From a virus: 64,000 bases of DNA. The notes below the pieces were generated by a model that saw only the letters and a list, made by a program, of their open reading frames with translations, was not told where the DNA came from and made no database searches. This document shows positions 46,379 to 55,149 of the stretch, piece after piece. The position numbers and the translations under genes are program-made. Where the stretch lies: positions 1-64,000 of the IMG/VR virus record IMGVR_UViG_3300043399_000524. The stretch is one strand, 5' to 3'. The stretch's first letter is position 1. The number at the start of each line of letters is the position of its first letter.

Positions 46379-48655
46379 ATGCCAAAAAATACAGATTCAT
46401 TAAACCGTTCATTATTTGAACTATTAAACAGCAAGGGATATGACCCTACACTATTAAGCACTGCGGGTAAGGAAACACCAACACCTGAGGAAGCAGAAGT
46501 TTTCCAATTCAACTTTGTTAAAGACGGCGAAGATTACGGAAAAGTCACAATGTCTATTGATGGATTACATAAACTAGTTATCTATTACGACGATGACATT
46601 GCTAATAGCGAAAAAGAAGAAAATGAATCTGGTGATTTATCTTGGTATCAGTTATTAAATCAATTGAAAAAATTCGCACAGAAATATCAATTGAGTTTTG
46701 AATTACGGAATGTAAGCAACTTAAAGCACGATATGGCAAAAAGGGAATATATGAAAAAGAAAGAATCTATTGCAGAGGGATATTATCCAATGGGCAAGAA
46801 AGCAAGTTACAGTGATGCTGTACCTAGCGTAAAGATTGTATTACAACACACTCGCCAAATAGAAGAAGGTGAGCAACGTTACCGTAATATTGCTAGAATC
46901 TTTTTAGAAAACGAACAAGGCGAAAGATTCTTAGCTCCCACAACTAAGCCAGGTATTGCCCGTGTATATGCTCGCCACATTGCTGAAGGTGGTCAGCCTC
47001 ATGACGAGCGTTGGAATCATATCAATAGTTTGTGCGAAGAATATCAAAAAATGGCAGGATTTGTTCGTGCAGTTCGCAATGGACAATTTAATGAATCAGC
47101 ACAACAATTGGTTAATGAAGGGGTTAATCATTATCAGTCATTGCGTGAGTCACTAAGCAAGTTAACAGGTCATCGTGGTTACAATGCATATTTTGAAAGT
47201 TGGACTCCTCCATTAATGGAAGATGACACTGATACAAGCAATATCAATGAATTGTTCGTACAAGAAACTGTTGATCCTCGCATTGAATCTGTTATGCCTA
47301 TTCTTTCTAAACTTCAAAAGAAGATTAGCGAGATGAGTGAAGTTAATCAATTAGCAGAATGGGCAGATAATTTAACAGAAGGTGGCGATGGCGGTGAAGC
47401 TAGCGAAGAACCAGTTGAACAAATCGAAGAAGAAGAAAGTTTAACAAGTAAAAATCCAGGTGGTATACCTGAAGGTCATTTGAGCAATCCAGGTGTGGAA
47501 GATAGTCCTGTAGTCAATTCAATTACTCGCCGCATTATAAATCAGCGCACAGACCTATTAGCAAAACATGGCCCTGAAAAAGTTGCACAAGCAATTGACA
47601 GTGTTGCTCATTTTGTAGGTGATGTTGATGAAATTGGTTCTAGTGATATCAGCGGTTGGGTCAAACAAGTTGAAGATGAACTAAACAGTGTAACGGAAAG
47701 TATTGTTGACGATTATGAAGATATGAGCGATAGCGAATTAATGCGTCATGCTCGTATGCTAGGTTTAGAAGATAACATTGTCATGGATGGCGAAGGTGGT
47801 TTAGCTAACCGTATGGAAATGATTTATTTGCTACAACAAGAAGCAGGTGATAATCTAGAAGAAAGCGGATTACAAGCATACTTAGGTAACAAAAAGTATG
47901 GCAAAGAAGGTATGGACGCACTACGAAAAGCGGGTCGTGAACATGCAAGCAAAGAAAAAATGGCAAAGATTCGTGCTAAGTATGACAAACTAGATGAAGA
48001 AGATGTTGAAGAAGGTTTAGGTGATGTTGCTAAGAAAGTTGGCAGCGCATTGAAGAAGGGTGCTACAGCAGTTGGTAAGGCAATCGTAGGTCCTGATGAT
48101 GACGAATTATTAAGAGACTTAAAAAAGAGAGCCGGCGTTCGTAACCCACAAACTGGCAAGCCAAGTATGGCGCACAGTGATGTAGAAAAGCGTGAAGAAG
48201 GTGTGGCGGAAGGTGGCTATCAAGATGATAGTAAAGAGCGTGAAGAAAATTTAAGATACGCCCGCACTCGCAATCCTGTTGCCGATGTGATTCGCAAGAA
48301 ATTAAATCCTAATCAGAAACCAGAAAAAGAGCAAGGTGTGGCGGAAGATTTAGATGCTAACCAAAAGCGTGTTGGTCAATTAGGTCCTTACGAAAAAGTT
48401 AAGAATAACAATATCGGTAAACTAGTCGGTGCTAATGAGAATTTTATCAATACAGATGACCAAGCAGTTGTAACTGAAACTAATCCTAAAGGTAAAGTTG
48501 ATTTTGCAGCTAAATTCAAGAAAAATATTGATAAAGTAAACCAGAATAAAAAAAGTACTGACGAGAAAATAAAACAGCACCATGATGACCAAAATAAACA
48601 AGTCAAAGAAGGACAAGAAGACCTCGATGCTATCCTAAGAATTATCAGAAAGTAA
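46379..48655 (+). CDS. Large acidic modular protein, possible head core/internal protein
   Basis: Globular N-half; C-half acidic with many (L/V/I)xE sites and two GVAE junctions. Confidence 0.5.
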   Translation: MPKNTDSLNRSLFELLNSKGYDPTLLSTAGKETPTPEEAEVFQFNFVKDGEDYGKVTMSIDGLHKLVIYYDDDIANSEKEENESGDLSWYQLLNQLKKFAQKYQLSFELRNVSNLKHDMAKREYMKKKESIAEGYYPMGKKASYSDAVPSVKIVLQHTRQIEEGEQRYRNIARIFLENEQGERFLAPTTKPGIARVYARHIAEGGQPHDERWNHINSLCEEYQKMAGFVRAVRNGQFNESAQQLVNEGVNHYQSLRESLSKLTGHRGYNAYFESWTPPLMEDDTDTSNINELFVQETVDPRIESVMPILSKLQKKISEMSEVNQLAEWADNLTEGGDGGEASEEPVEQIEEEESLTSKNPGGIPEGHLSNPGVEDSPVVNSITRRIINQRTDLLAKHGPEKVAQAIDSVAHFVGDVDEIGSSDISGWVKQVEDELNSVTESIVDDYEDMSDSELMRHARMLGLEDNIVMDGEGGLANRMEMIYLLQQEAGDNLEESGLQAYLGNKKYGKEGMDALRKAGREHASKEKMAKIRAKYDKLDEEDVEEGLGDVAKKVGSALKKGATAVGKAIVGPDDDELLRDLKKRAGVRNPQTGKPSMAHSDVEKREEGVAEGGYQDDSKEREENLRYARTRNPVADVIRKKLNPNQKPEKEQGVAEDLDANQKRVGQLGPYEKVKNNNIGKLVGANENFINTDDQAVVTETNPKGKVDFAAKFKKNIDKVNQNKKSTDEKIKQHHDDQNKQVKEGQEDLDAILRIIRK

Positions 48656-48664
48656 TTCTCCCAA

Positions 48665-48689
48665 AAACCTCACTTAAAATGTGAGGTTT
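48665..48689 (+). terminator. Inverted repeat / putative terminator
   Basis: aaacctcac-ttaaaat-gtgaggttt. Confidence 0.55.
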
Positions 48690-48772
48690 ACCATATCCAA
48701 AAGGCATAAATAAAAGTGTAGTTCGCGGAATTGGCGTTCCCAACTACTCTAATGCTATGAAGGAGCACCAGC

Positions 48773-49294
48773 ATGAATATTTATGATAGGTCAAACCCAC
48801 CTCAAGGGTTCTATGTATACGCATATCTCAGAGAAGATGGCACCCCATACTATGTAGGCAAAGGCAAAAGCGTTAGGGCCTCAGCAGACCATAAACACAT
48901 ACCTGTACCAAAAGATCACAATAGGATAAAAATACTTCAACATGGCTTGACAGAAGAACAAGCCTTCGCAGCCGAAAGCAAACATATTCTTGAATATGGA
49001 AGAAAAGATTTAGGAACAGGTATACTTATAAACAGAACTAACGGCGGCGAGGGTCCTACCGGAATGACGCATTCCGAAGAAACTAAACTCAAAATGAGAG
49101 AGTCACATAAAACGCAAATACCTTGGAATAAAGGCCTAAAGACAGGACCACTATCACCAGACCATATAGCTAGAAGTGCCGCCGGCAGAATAGGTAAACC
49201 ACGATCACCTGAATCAAAAGCAAAGCAAGCCGCCACAATGAAGGGTAGAGTTCCTTGGAATAAGGGAAAACAAAAAGTTAAAAAGGACGAATAA
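48773..49294 (+). CDS. GIY-YIG homing endonuclease with NUMOD3, upstream of gp32
   Basis: YVYAY...YYVGKG...[25 protein letters not shown] twice. Confidence 0.85.
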   Translation: MNIYDRSNPPQGFYVYAYLREDGTPYYVGKGKSVRASADHKHIPVPKDHNRIKILQHGLTEEQAFAAESKHILEYGRKDLGTGILINRTNGGEGPTGMTHSEETKLKMRESHKTQIPWNKGLKTGPLSPDHIARSAAGRIGKPRSPESKAKQAATMKGRVPWNKGKQKVKKDE

Positions 49295-49307
49295 GGACTA
49301 AATATAT

Positions 49308-49336
49308 TTGACATTCAGAGTATTGATCGCTACAAT
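49308..49336 (+). promoter_or_regulatory. sigma70-type promoter of gp32, preceded by a TAAATA box at 49299-49304
   Basis: TTGACA-17-TACAAT. Confidence 0.75.
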
Positions 49337-49412
49337 AACTGTATGTTAGTCTCTCATAGGGAGAGGCGAATACTTAATAGAGACCATCTCAATTTTATAA
49401 GGAAATATTATT

Positions 49413-50411
49413 ATGGCATCACTAGCGGAAATTAGGGCACGAATTGCTGCCCAAGAAAACAAAGGTCAAAACAGGGGTTCTAACACCCAATCTGACAACT
49501 CAATCTACCCCCACTGGAACATTGACGAAGGCACGACAGCTACTGTTCGTTTCTTGCCCGACGCAAACACCAACAACACATTCTTTTGGGTAGAACGACA
49601 ACTAATCAAACTTCCATTCAATGGTGTTAAGGGCGACCCAAACATCAAGCAAACTGTTGTAACAGTTCCTTGCATGGAAATGTATGGTGAGGCATGTCCT
49701 ATTCTTGCGGAAGTTCGTCCTTGGTACAAAGACGAATCACTAAAAGAATTGGCAAACAAATACTGGAAAAAGCGTAGTTATATTTTCCAAGGCTTTGTTC
49801 GTCAAAATCCACTTGGTGATGACGCTACACCAGCGAACCCAATTCGCAGATTCATTATCAGTTCACAAATTTTCAATGTCATTAAGTCTAGCTTAATGGA
49901 TCCTGAAATGGAAGAATTGCCAACAGACTATCTACGTGGTATTGATTTCAACATTAAGAAAATCAGTAAAGGTGGTTATGCAGATTACTCTACAAGTAAC
50001 TGGGCCCGCAAAGAAAGTGCATTGACTGAGGCAGAGCAAGCTGCTATTGAAGCACATGGTCTTTTCAATCTTTCTGACTTCTTGCCCAAGAAGCCAACCG
50101 AAGCAGAACTCAAGGTTATCAAAGAAATGTTTGAGGCATCTGTAGACGGTCAACCGTTCGATAACGAACGTTGGGGCGCATACTATCGTCCATATGGTGT
50201 TGATGCACCTGCAGGAGCGACAGCGGCACAAACATCAGCAGCACCGACCGTGGCTGCACCCGCAACAGCACCCGTAGCAGACTCTGTACCATGGAATGAC
50301 GAAGAACAAGCTCCACAAGCAAGTTCTCCTGTTGAAGTTCCCAAAACAACTTCTAGCGATAAAGCGCAAGACATTCTAGCAATGATTCGTGCTAGACAAA
50401 ATAAGTCTTGA
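49413..50411 (+). CDS. gp32: Single-stranded DNA-binding protein (T4 gp32-like)
   Basis: VRFLPD, CPIL, YWKKRSY, DFNIKK...DYSTS, low-complexity acidic tail. Confidence 0.85.
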   Translation: MASLAEIRARIAAQENKGQNRGSNTQSDNSIYPHWNIDEGTTATVRFLPDANTNNTFFWVERQLIKLPFNGVKGDPNIKQTVVTVPCMEMYGEACPILAEVRPWYKDESLKELANKYWKKRSYIFQGFVRQNPLGDDATPANPIRRFIISSQIFNVIKSSLMDPEMEELPTDYLRGIDFNIKKISKGGYADYSTSNWARKESALTEAEQAAIEAHGLFNLSDFLPKKPTEAELKVIKEMFEASVDGQPFDNERWGAYYRPYGVDAPAGATAAQTSAAPTVAAPATAPVADSVPWNDEEQAPQASSPVEVPKTTSSDKAQDILAMIRARQNKS

Positions 50412-50420
50412 TAGGTAATG

Positions 50421-50436
50421 AGGGGCTTCGGCCCCT
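50421..50436 (+). terminator. UUCG hairpin after gp32
   Basis: aggggc-TTCG-gcccct. Confidence 0.65.
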
Positions 50437-50452
50437 TCCTAAGGAGAATTCC

Positions 50453-50689
50453 ATGACATTACCAGACGAAAGATTTAGAGCCTTAAAGCAGGCTAAGAAA
50501 CTCTTAGAAGAACTTTGTGATCCAGGTCGTACACCTAGAGTACCCAGTTTGGTAAGAGACAGGGCAAGAGGTGCGTTGCGTCATTTTCCTAGTGACTATG
50601 AACTCGACAAACTAGCAGAAGATTGCCCCGAACTACTTGATAAAATATCATTCACTGATAGAATGTATATGAATATCGTGCAAAAATAA
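50453..50689 (+). CDS. Hypothetical protein
   Basis: SD aaggag, MTLPDERFRAL start. Confidence 0.6.
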   Translation: MTLPDERFRALKQAKKLLEELCDPGRTPRVPSLVRDRARGALRHFPSDYELDKLAEDCPELLDKISFTDRMYMNIVQK

Positions 50690-50701
50690 TAGGAGAATAA
50701 A

Positions 50702-50893
50702 ATGACAAAGTTAACTAAGTTGGCAAAAGTCAACGAGGGAATTACTGTTAACCGTTATGATAACGGTTGGATGGTTGAAGTAGGCGGCCGTGACAAAAAA
50801 CAAGATTGGAAAAATTGTAAGATTCTGTGCAACACAGAGGAAGAATTAATCGCTCTTATCAAAGAGTGGAACACAATGGAACTGGACAATTAA
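50702..50893 (+). CDS. Hypothetical protein
   Basis: SD ggag. Confidence 0.55.
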   Translation: MTKLTKLAKVNEGITVNRYDNGWMVEVGGRDKKQDWKNCKILCNTEEELIALIKEWNTMELDN

Positions 50894-50894
50894 C

Positions 50895-51521
50895 ATGACC
50901 CCAATTGGAACATGGTTATACCTCAAGAAACATAATCAAACGGGATTGCTATATTTCGGCAAAACTGTGCGTAATCCTTTGAAGTATAAAGGTTCCGGTT
51001 CGTATTGGTCATCACACCGAAAGATTCATGGTAATGATATATCTACTGTTTGGTGTGAATTATTTGAAGATAACAATAAATTAGTTGAGTTTGCTGAATT
51101 TGTTAGTGACTTTTTTGAAATCGTAACCTTTACTGCTAATGGTAAAAAATTATGGGCCAATGAAGTTCCTGAAAATGGTTTAATGGGTGGTCAAAATAAA
51201 GGACAACCTAGCAAGATGAGGGGTAAAAAATTAGAAAATCCCTCACCTCTAAGAGGAATAAAAAGGCCAAATCATTCAAATCTCATGAAGGGTAGAAAAT
51301 TAACAAATGAACACTCAGCTAATATAAGTAAATCTTTAAAGAAACACACCAGAACCAAAGAACATTCTTTGAATATATCACTAGCAAAGAAAGGTAAGAA
51401 ATTATCTTCTCCTAGAATCTGTAATGTGTATGAATGCCCGCATTGTGGGAAAATAGGCAAAGGGCCTAATATGAAAAGATATCATTTTAATAATTGCAAA
51501 AGAAAGGAACACAATGGCTAA
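50895..51521 (+). CDS. GIY-YIG-like homing endonuclease upstream of uvsX
   Basis: LYLKKH..TGLLYFGKT, YKGSG, NUMOD-like repeats, C-term CPHC...NNC. Confidence 0.7.
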   Translation: MTPIGTWLYLKKHNQTGLLYFGKTVRNPLKYKGSGSYWSSHRKIHGNDISTVWCELFEDNNKLVEFAEFVSDFFEIVTFTANGKKLWANEVPENGLMGGQNKGQPSKMRGKKLENPSPLRGIKRPNHSNLMKGRKLTNEHSANISKSLKKHTRTKEHSLNISLAKKGKKLSSPRICNVYECPHCGKIGKGPNMKRYHFNNCKRKEHNG

Positions 51522-52584
51522 GCCGTTTGATGTGAGTAAGTTTCGCCGTGACATTACTAAATCTATTGAGGGACTTAGTATCGGATTTAATGACCCTACT
51601 GATTGGGTATCTACAGGTAATTTCGCCCTCAATTATCTTATATCCGGTGACTTTAATAAAGGCATACCTCTTGGTAAAGTTACTGTCTTTGCCGGAGAAT
51701 CTGGATCAGGAAAATCATACATCTGTTCAGGCAACCTCATTCGTCATGCACAAGAACAAGGTATCTTTGTTGTATTGGTTGACAGTGAAAATGCGTTGGA
51801 TGAAGCGTGGCTTCATGCGCTGGGTGTATCAACTGACGAAGATAAATTACTAAAACTCAACATGGCTATGATTGATGATGTAGCCAAAACGATTTCAGAA
51901 TTTATGAAGTCGTATAAGGCGATGCCGGCAGAAGACAAGCCTAAAGTCTTGTTCATCATTGACAGTCTTGGTATGCTATTGACACCTACTGACGTTAATC
52001 AGTTTGAAGCAGGTGATATGAAAGGTGACATGGGTCGTAAGCCTAAAGCACTAACAGCACTTGTTCGTAATTGTGTTAACATGTTTGGTAGTCATAATGT
52101 TGGTCTAGTTGCTACTAATCACACATATGCTTCACAGGATATGTTCGACCCTGATGACAAAATCTCAGGTGGTCAAGGCTTCATCTATGCTTCAAGTATT
52201 GTTGTTGCTATGCGTAAACTGAAACTTAAAGAAGATGAAGATGGCAATAAGGTTAGCGAAGTGCGTGGTATTCGGTCAGCCTGTAAGGTTATGAAAACTC
52301 GCTATGCAAAGCCCTTTGAAAGTGTACAAGTTAAGATTCCGTATGAAACAGGCATGAACCCCTATTCTGGTTTACTCGACTTGTTCGAAGGTCAAGGCAT
52401 GTTGACTAAAGAAGGCAATCGTTTGTCTTACACAACCGAAGACGGTGAGATTCTTAAATTCTTCCGTAAAGGCTGGGAATCAAACGAGGGAGGCTGTCTT
52501 GATAAAGTCATGTCCGAATACCAGAAAAAATCACAAAATAAGCTAAGTACTGTTACTGCCGATGAAGGAGCGGCGACAGAATGA
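51514..52584 (+). CDS. uvsX: RecA-like recombinase
   Basis: AGESGSGKS, DSENALD, IIDSLGML, TNHTY, SGGQGFIY. Confidence 0.92.
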   Translation: MAKPFDVSKFRRDITKSIEGLSIGFNDPTDWVSTGNFALNYLISGDFNKGIPLGKVTVFAGESGSGKSYICSGNLIRHAQEQGIFVVLVDSENALDEAWLHALGVSTDEDKLLKLNMAMIDDVAKTISEFMKSYKAMPAEDKPKVLFIIDSLGMLLTPTDVNQFEAGDMKGDMGRKPKALTALVRNCVNMFGSHNVGLVATNHTYASQDMFDPDDKISGGQGFIYASSIVVAMRKLKLKEDEDGNKVSEVRGIRSACKVMKTRYAKPFESVQVKIPYETGMNPYSGLLDLFEGQGMLTKEGNRLSYTTEDGEILKFFRKGWESNEGGCLDKVMSEYQKKSQNKLSTVTADEGAATE

Positions 52585-52835
52585 GTTTAGACTTGGTAAC
52601 GGAAGTATGGGACGCATTGCGTTCCCACATTGATTTCAATGAACGCAGCGATGCGGCGGACACATTAGTAAATTTCTTGATTGACAATAATTATGAAGCA
52701 GAGGATATTAAAGATGCCTTTAGGGGTGACAAAGATATCATTGCTGCGGTCAAAGATTATCTGTCACAACACGAAGATGAACTAGAATATGAAGATGATG
52801 ACTATGATAGTGACATTGACGATGATTGGAATTAA
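52581..52835 (+). CDS. Acidic hypothetical protein
   Basis: ATGA-coupled to uvsX. Confidence 0.55.
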   Translation: MSLDLVTEVWDALRSHIDFNERSDAADTLVNFLIDNNYEAEDIKDAFRGDKDIIAAVKDYLSQHEDELEYEDDDYDSDIDDDWN

Positions 52836-53294
52836 ATGAATTGGTACACACGCATAACCCAAAACTTAGGCGTGATTCCAGACTTTATTCTTCACTACGA
52901 GAATGAACTTCTTAATGCAAAGGGTGAAGTCAAAATTTATGGCAATGTTGAAAAGAACATTGCCAATTTACCTGGTATCACCGAACATAGATTTAACCAA
53001 TTACAAGAGATTGAAGCGGTTTTAAACTACCTCAACATTCAATTACGGAAAATTCGCCGAAAACATTTTCAAAAATATTTAGAAGCGTATAATAGAGCTT
53101 TAACTAGTCGTGATGCCGAAAAATATGTTGACGGTGAAGATGAAGTCATTGACTTTGAAGTTTTGGTCAATGAAGTCGCATTACTCAGAAACAAATGGTT
53201 AGGTGTTATGAAAGCATTAGAATCTAAGAATTTTATGTTGGGACATGTAGTGCGCCTCAGAGCGGCCGGCATGGAAGATATTAGTTTGGGTTAA
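52836..53294 (+). CDS. uvsY: Recombination mediator, UvsY-like
   Basis: Helical, LTSRDAEKYVDGE, KALESKNFML; located after uvsX. Confidence 0.7.
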   Translation: MNWYTRITQNLGVIPDFILHYENELLNAKGEVKIYGNVEKNIANLPGITEHRFNQLQEIEAVLNYLNIQLRKIRRKHFQKYLEAYNRALTSRDAEKYVDGEDEVIDFEVLVNEVALLRNKWLGVMKALESKNFMLGHVVRLRAAGMEDISLG

Positions 53295-53925
53295 ACTTAC
53301 ATTTATCTCCGTGATACCTTGAATAATTAGGTTTATCAATATTTTTATTACAATGCGGACATGTTAACCTTTCTCGGTTAGCATGTTTTCCCTTCATCTT
53401 GGCAATAGAATCTTCTGTGTGGGTTTTACCAGTAAAAGACTTGTGTCCTGTATGCACACCTTTATTCCATGCAACCTGTCCCTTGTCTGAAGTTTTTATA
53501 CCAGTCAATCCTTTATTCCAAGTTGGTTTTCCTTTTCTATCCACTGACATTTTAAGTTTTACCTCGTCTGAATGTGTTTTTCCAAACATATGATTTAACT
53601 CTCCCCTACGCAAAGATTTCCTCAACCTTTCTTTTTCTGATTTAGCAGGGTTCAGATCACCTGAAGCGAATCCAACTGGATTGTTATTGAAATTCATACA
53701 TAAAGGTTTTCCTATATGTTCGGCTAGAAAGTCTTTTTCAGAATCTTTCAATTCATCTATTGAAGAACAATAAAAAAGGATTTCTTTAGTTAGTTCTGTT
53801 TTATCCTTAATGCTTCTCGGCCACTTACCCGAACCCATATAACCGTCATCTAAATTTTTTGTGCTGTGCCGTCCTATATAATAACGCCCGTTTGTATGTA
53901 CAAGTTTATAAATGTAGTGTATCAT
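53281..53925 (-). CDS. Reverse-strand GIY-YIG (Seg-like) homing endonuclease
   Basis: YIY...YYIG, YMGSG, MNFN, NUMOD3, WNKG twice, CPHC...DKC; gaTAAATA + 5 nt + ATG on minus strand. Confidence 0.85.
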   Translation of the reverse strand: MIHYIYKLVHTNGRYYIGRHSTKNLDDGYMGSGKWPRSIKDKTELTKEILFYCSSIDELKDSEKDFLAEHIGKPLCMNFNNNPVGFASGDLNPAKSEKERLRKSLRRGELNHMFGKTHSDEVKLKMSVDRKGKPTWNKGLTGIKTSDKGQVAWNKGVHTGHKSFTGKTHTEDSIAKMKGKHANRERLTCPHCNKNIDKPNYSRYHGDKCKFNPN

Positions 53926-53962
53926 GTTCTTATTTATCATTGAACTGTAGGAATGGACAAAT

Positions 53963-54742
53963 ATGGCTAATTATTCACTCAACAATGCAGGTATGAATGC
54001 AATATCTGGAATTTCCGCACAATCTATTCAGACAATAAATTTGAATAGTTTGGCTAATATATCGTCTGATGGTTTATTGGCACAAATTAACCCTCATGTA
54101 AAAAAATATCAAGTAATTGAGATTGAGGAAGACTTGCTAGCACTTAGTACTACTTGGAAGCGCTTGCGTGACCAATGTAAAAACGGCGGTCCTCATCCTA
54201 ACATTTCTAAATTAGTTGATAGGGAACTATTCAGTAAGGTTACTGAACAAGACCGTGAACAAGCAAACATGATACGAGACTACTACAGCAAGAAAATTGT
54301 TATGTGGAAGTTGAAGGATCAACAACTCACTAAATTCCGCGAGGACATGAATAGTTTTATTCATAGTAACGGAAAAGTTTTCAAAGAAGATATGTATCCA
54401 CTGGTTTATCGTTTGCCAGAATTTTATGAATATGATACTCAATTTGAATCTATTTCCAATGAGCATTCTAAATTAATTACCGATAATCCAAAAGGTAAAA
54501 TCGAGAAAAAATTAAAACTTCAAAAAACATTTAATGTCGATAGTAGCAGAACTGGTAAACGAAAAGAATATTGGTTTAGTGATGAAAATGACAATTTGGT
54601 TTTAATGTCATTCAGAACGGATAATAGTCTATTATCATTATTGGATAGATGTGTCGAGAACATACTTCCTGTTAAAGCATTTTATTCAAAAAGGACACGG
54701 GATAATGTAGATTATTATACCGTTGATAAGTACACATTCTAA
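53963..54742 (+). CDS. Hypothetical protein
   Basis: Long ORF. Confidence 0.6.
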   Translation: MANYSLNNAGMNAISGISAQSIQTINLNSLANISSDGLLAQINPHVKKYQVIEIEEDLLALSTTWKRLRDQCKNGGPHPNISKLVDRELFSKVTEQDREQANMIRDYYSKKIVMWKLKDQQLTKFREDMNSFIHSNGKVFKEDMYPLVYRLPEFYEYDTQFESISNEHSKLITDNPKGKIEKKLKLQKTFNVDSSRTGKRKEYWFSDENDNLVLMSFRTDNSLLSLLDRCVENILPVKAFYSKRTRDNVDYYTVDKYTF

Positions 54743-54761
54743 AAGGCCCGACGGGCCTTTT
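54741..54761. terminator. Bidirectional terminator-like hairpin
   Basis: aaaaggccc-gac-gggcctttt. Confidence 0.65.
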
Positions 54762-54793
54762 AGTATTACACAAAAAGTATTCATTTTTGAGGC

Positions 54794-54847
54794 TTGACAA
54801 TAAATCAGTTTGGGCATACAATACATGTATTGATTGATTAAAGGAGC
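54794..54847 (+). promoter_or_regulatory. sigma70 promoter plus repeated leader/SD cassette (copy 2 of 3)
   Basis: TTGACAataaat-17-TACAAT acatgtattgattgattaaaggagc. Confidence 0.8.
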
Positions 54848-54852
54848 ATGTA

Positions 54853-55092
54853 ATGACCGAATTCGAATCTAAGTGCTATGGTATGTCTGTAGAAGATATC
54901 CGTACACAGTACATGAAAAGTATTACCGCTCGTTTCTCGGGTCTAGAAATGGTTGTTATGGGTATCATGTCTGACTGCCAAGAAATGCTTGCAATGGGCG
55001 CAGGCCCTCGCTCGGTTGAATACGTTCGTAAACAAATGAACGTTGCCAAATATATCCTGTCTGAAATGCAGGAAGCCAAACAAACGGTTTGA
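54853..55092 (+). CDS. Hypothetical early protein
   Basis: Own promoter and SD. Confidence 0.6.
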   Translation: MTEFESKCYGMSVEDIRTQYMKSITARFSGLEMVVMGIMSDCQEMLAMGAGPRSVEYVRKQMNVAKYILSEMQEAKQTV

Positions 55093-55142
55093 CAATAAAT
55101 GGGCATTCTGCTATAATACATGTATTGATTGATTAAAGGAGC
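55089..55142 (+). promoter_or_regulatory. sigma70 promoter plus repeated leader/SD cassette (copy 3 of 3)
   Basis: TTGACAataaat-17-TATAAT acatgtattgattgattaaaggagc. Confidence 0.8.
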
Positions 55143-55149
55143 TTTTTCA

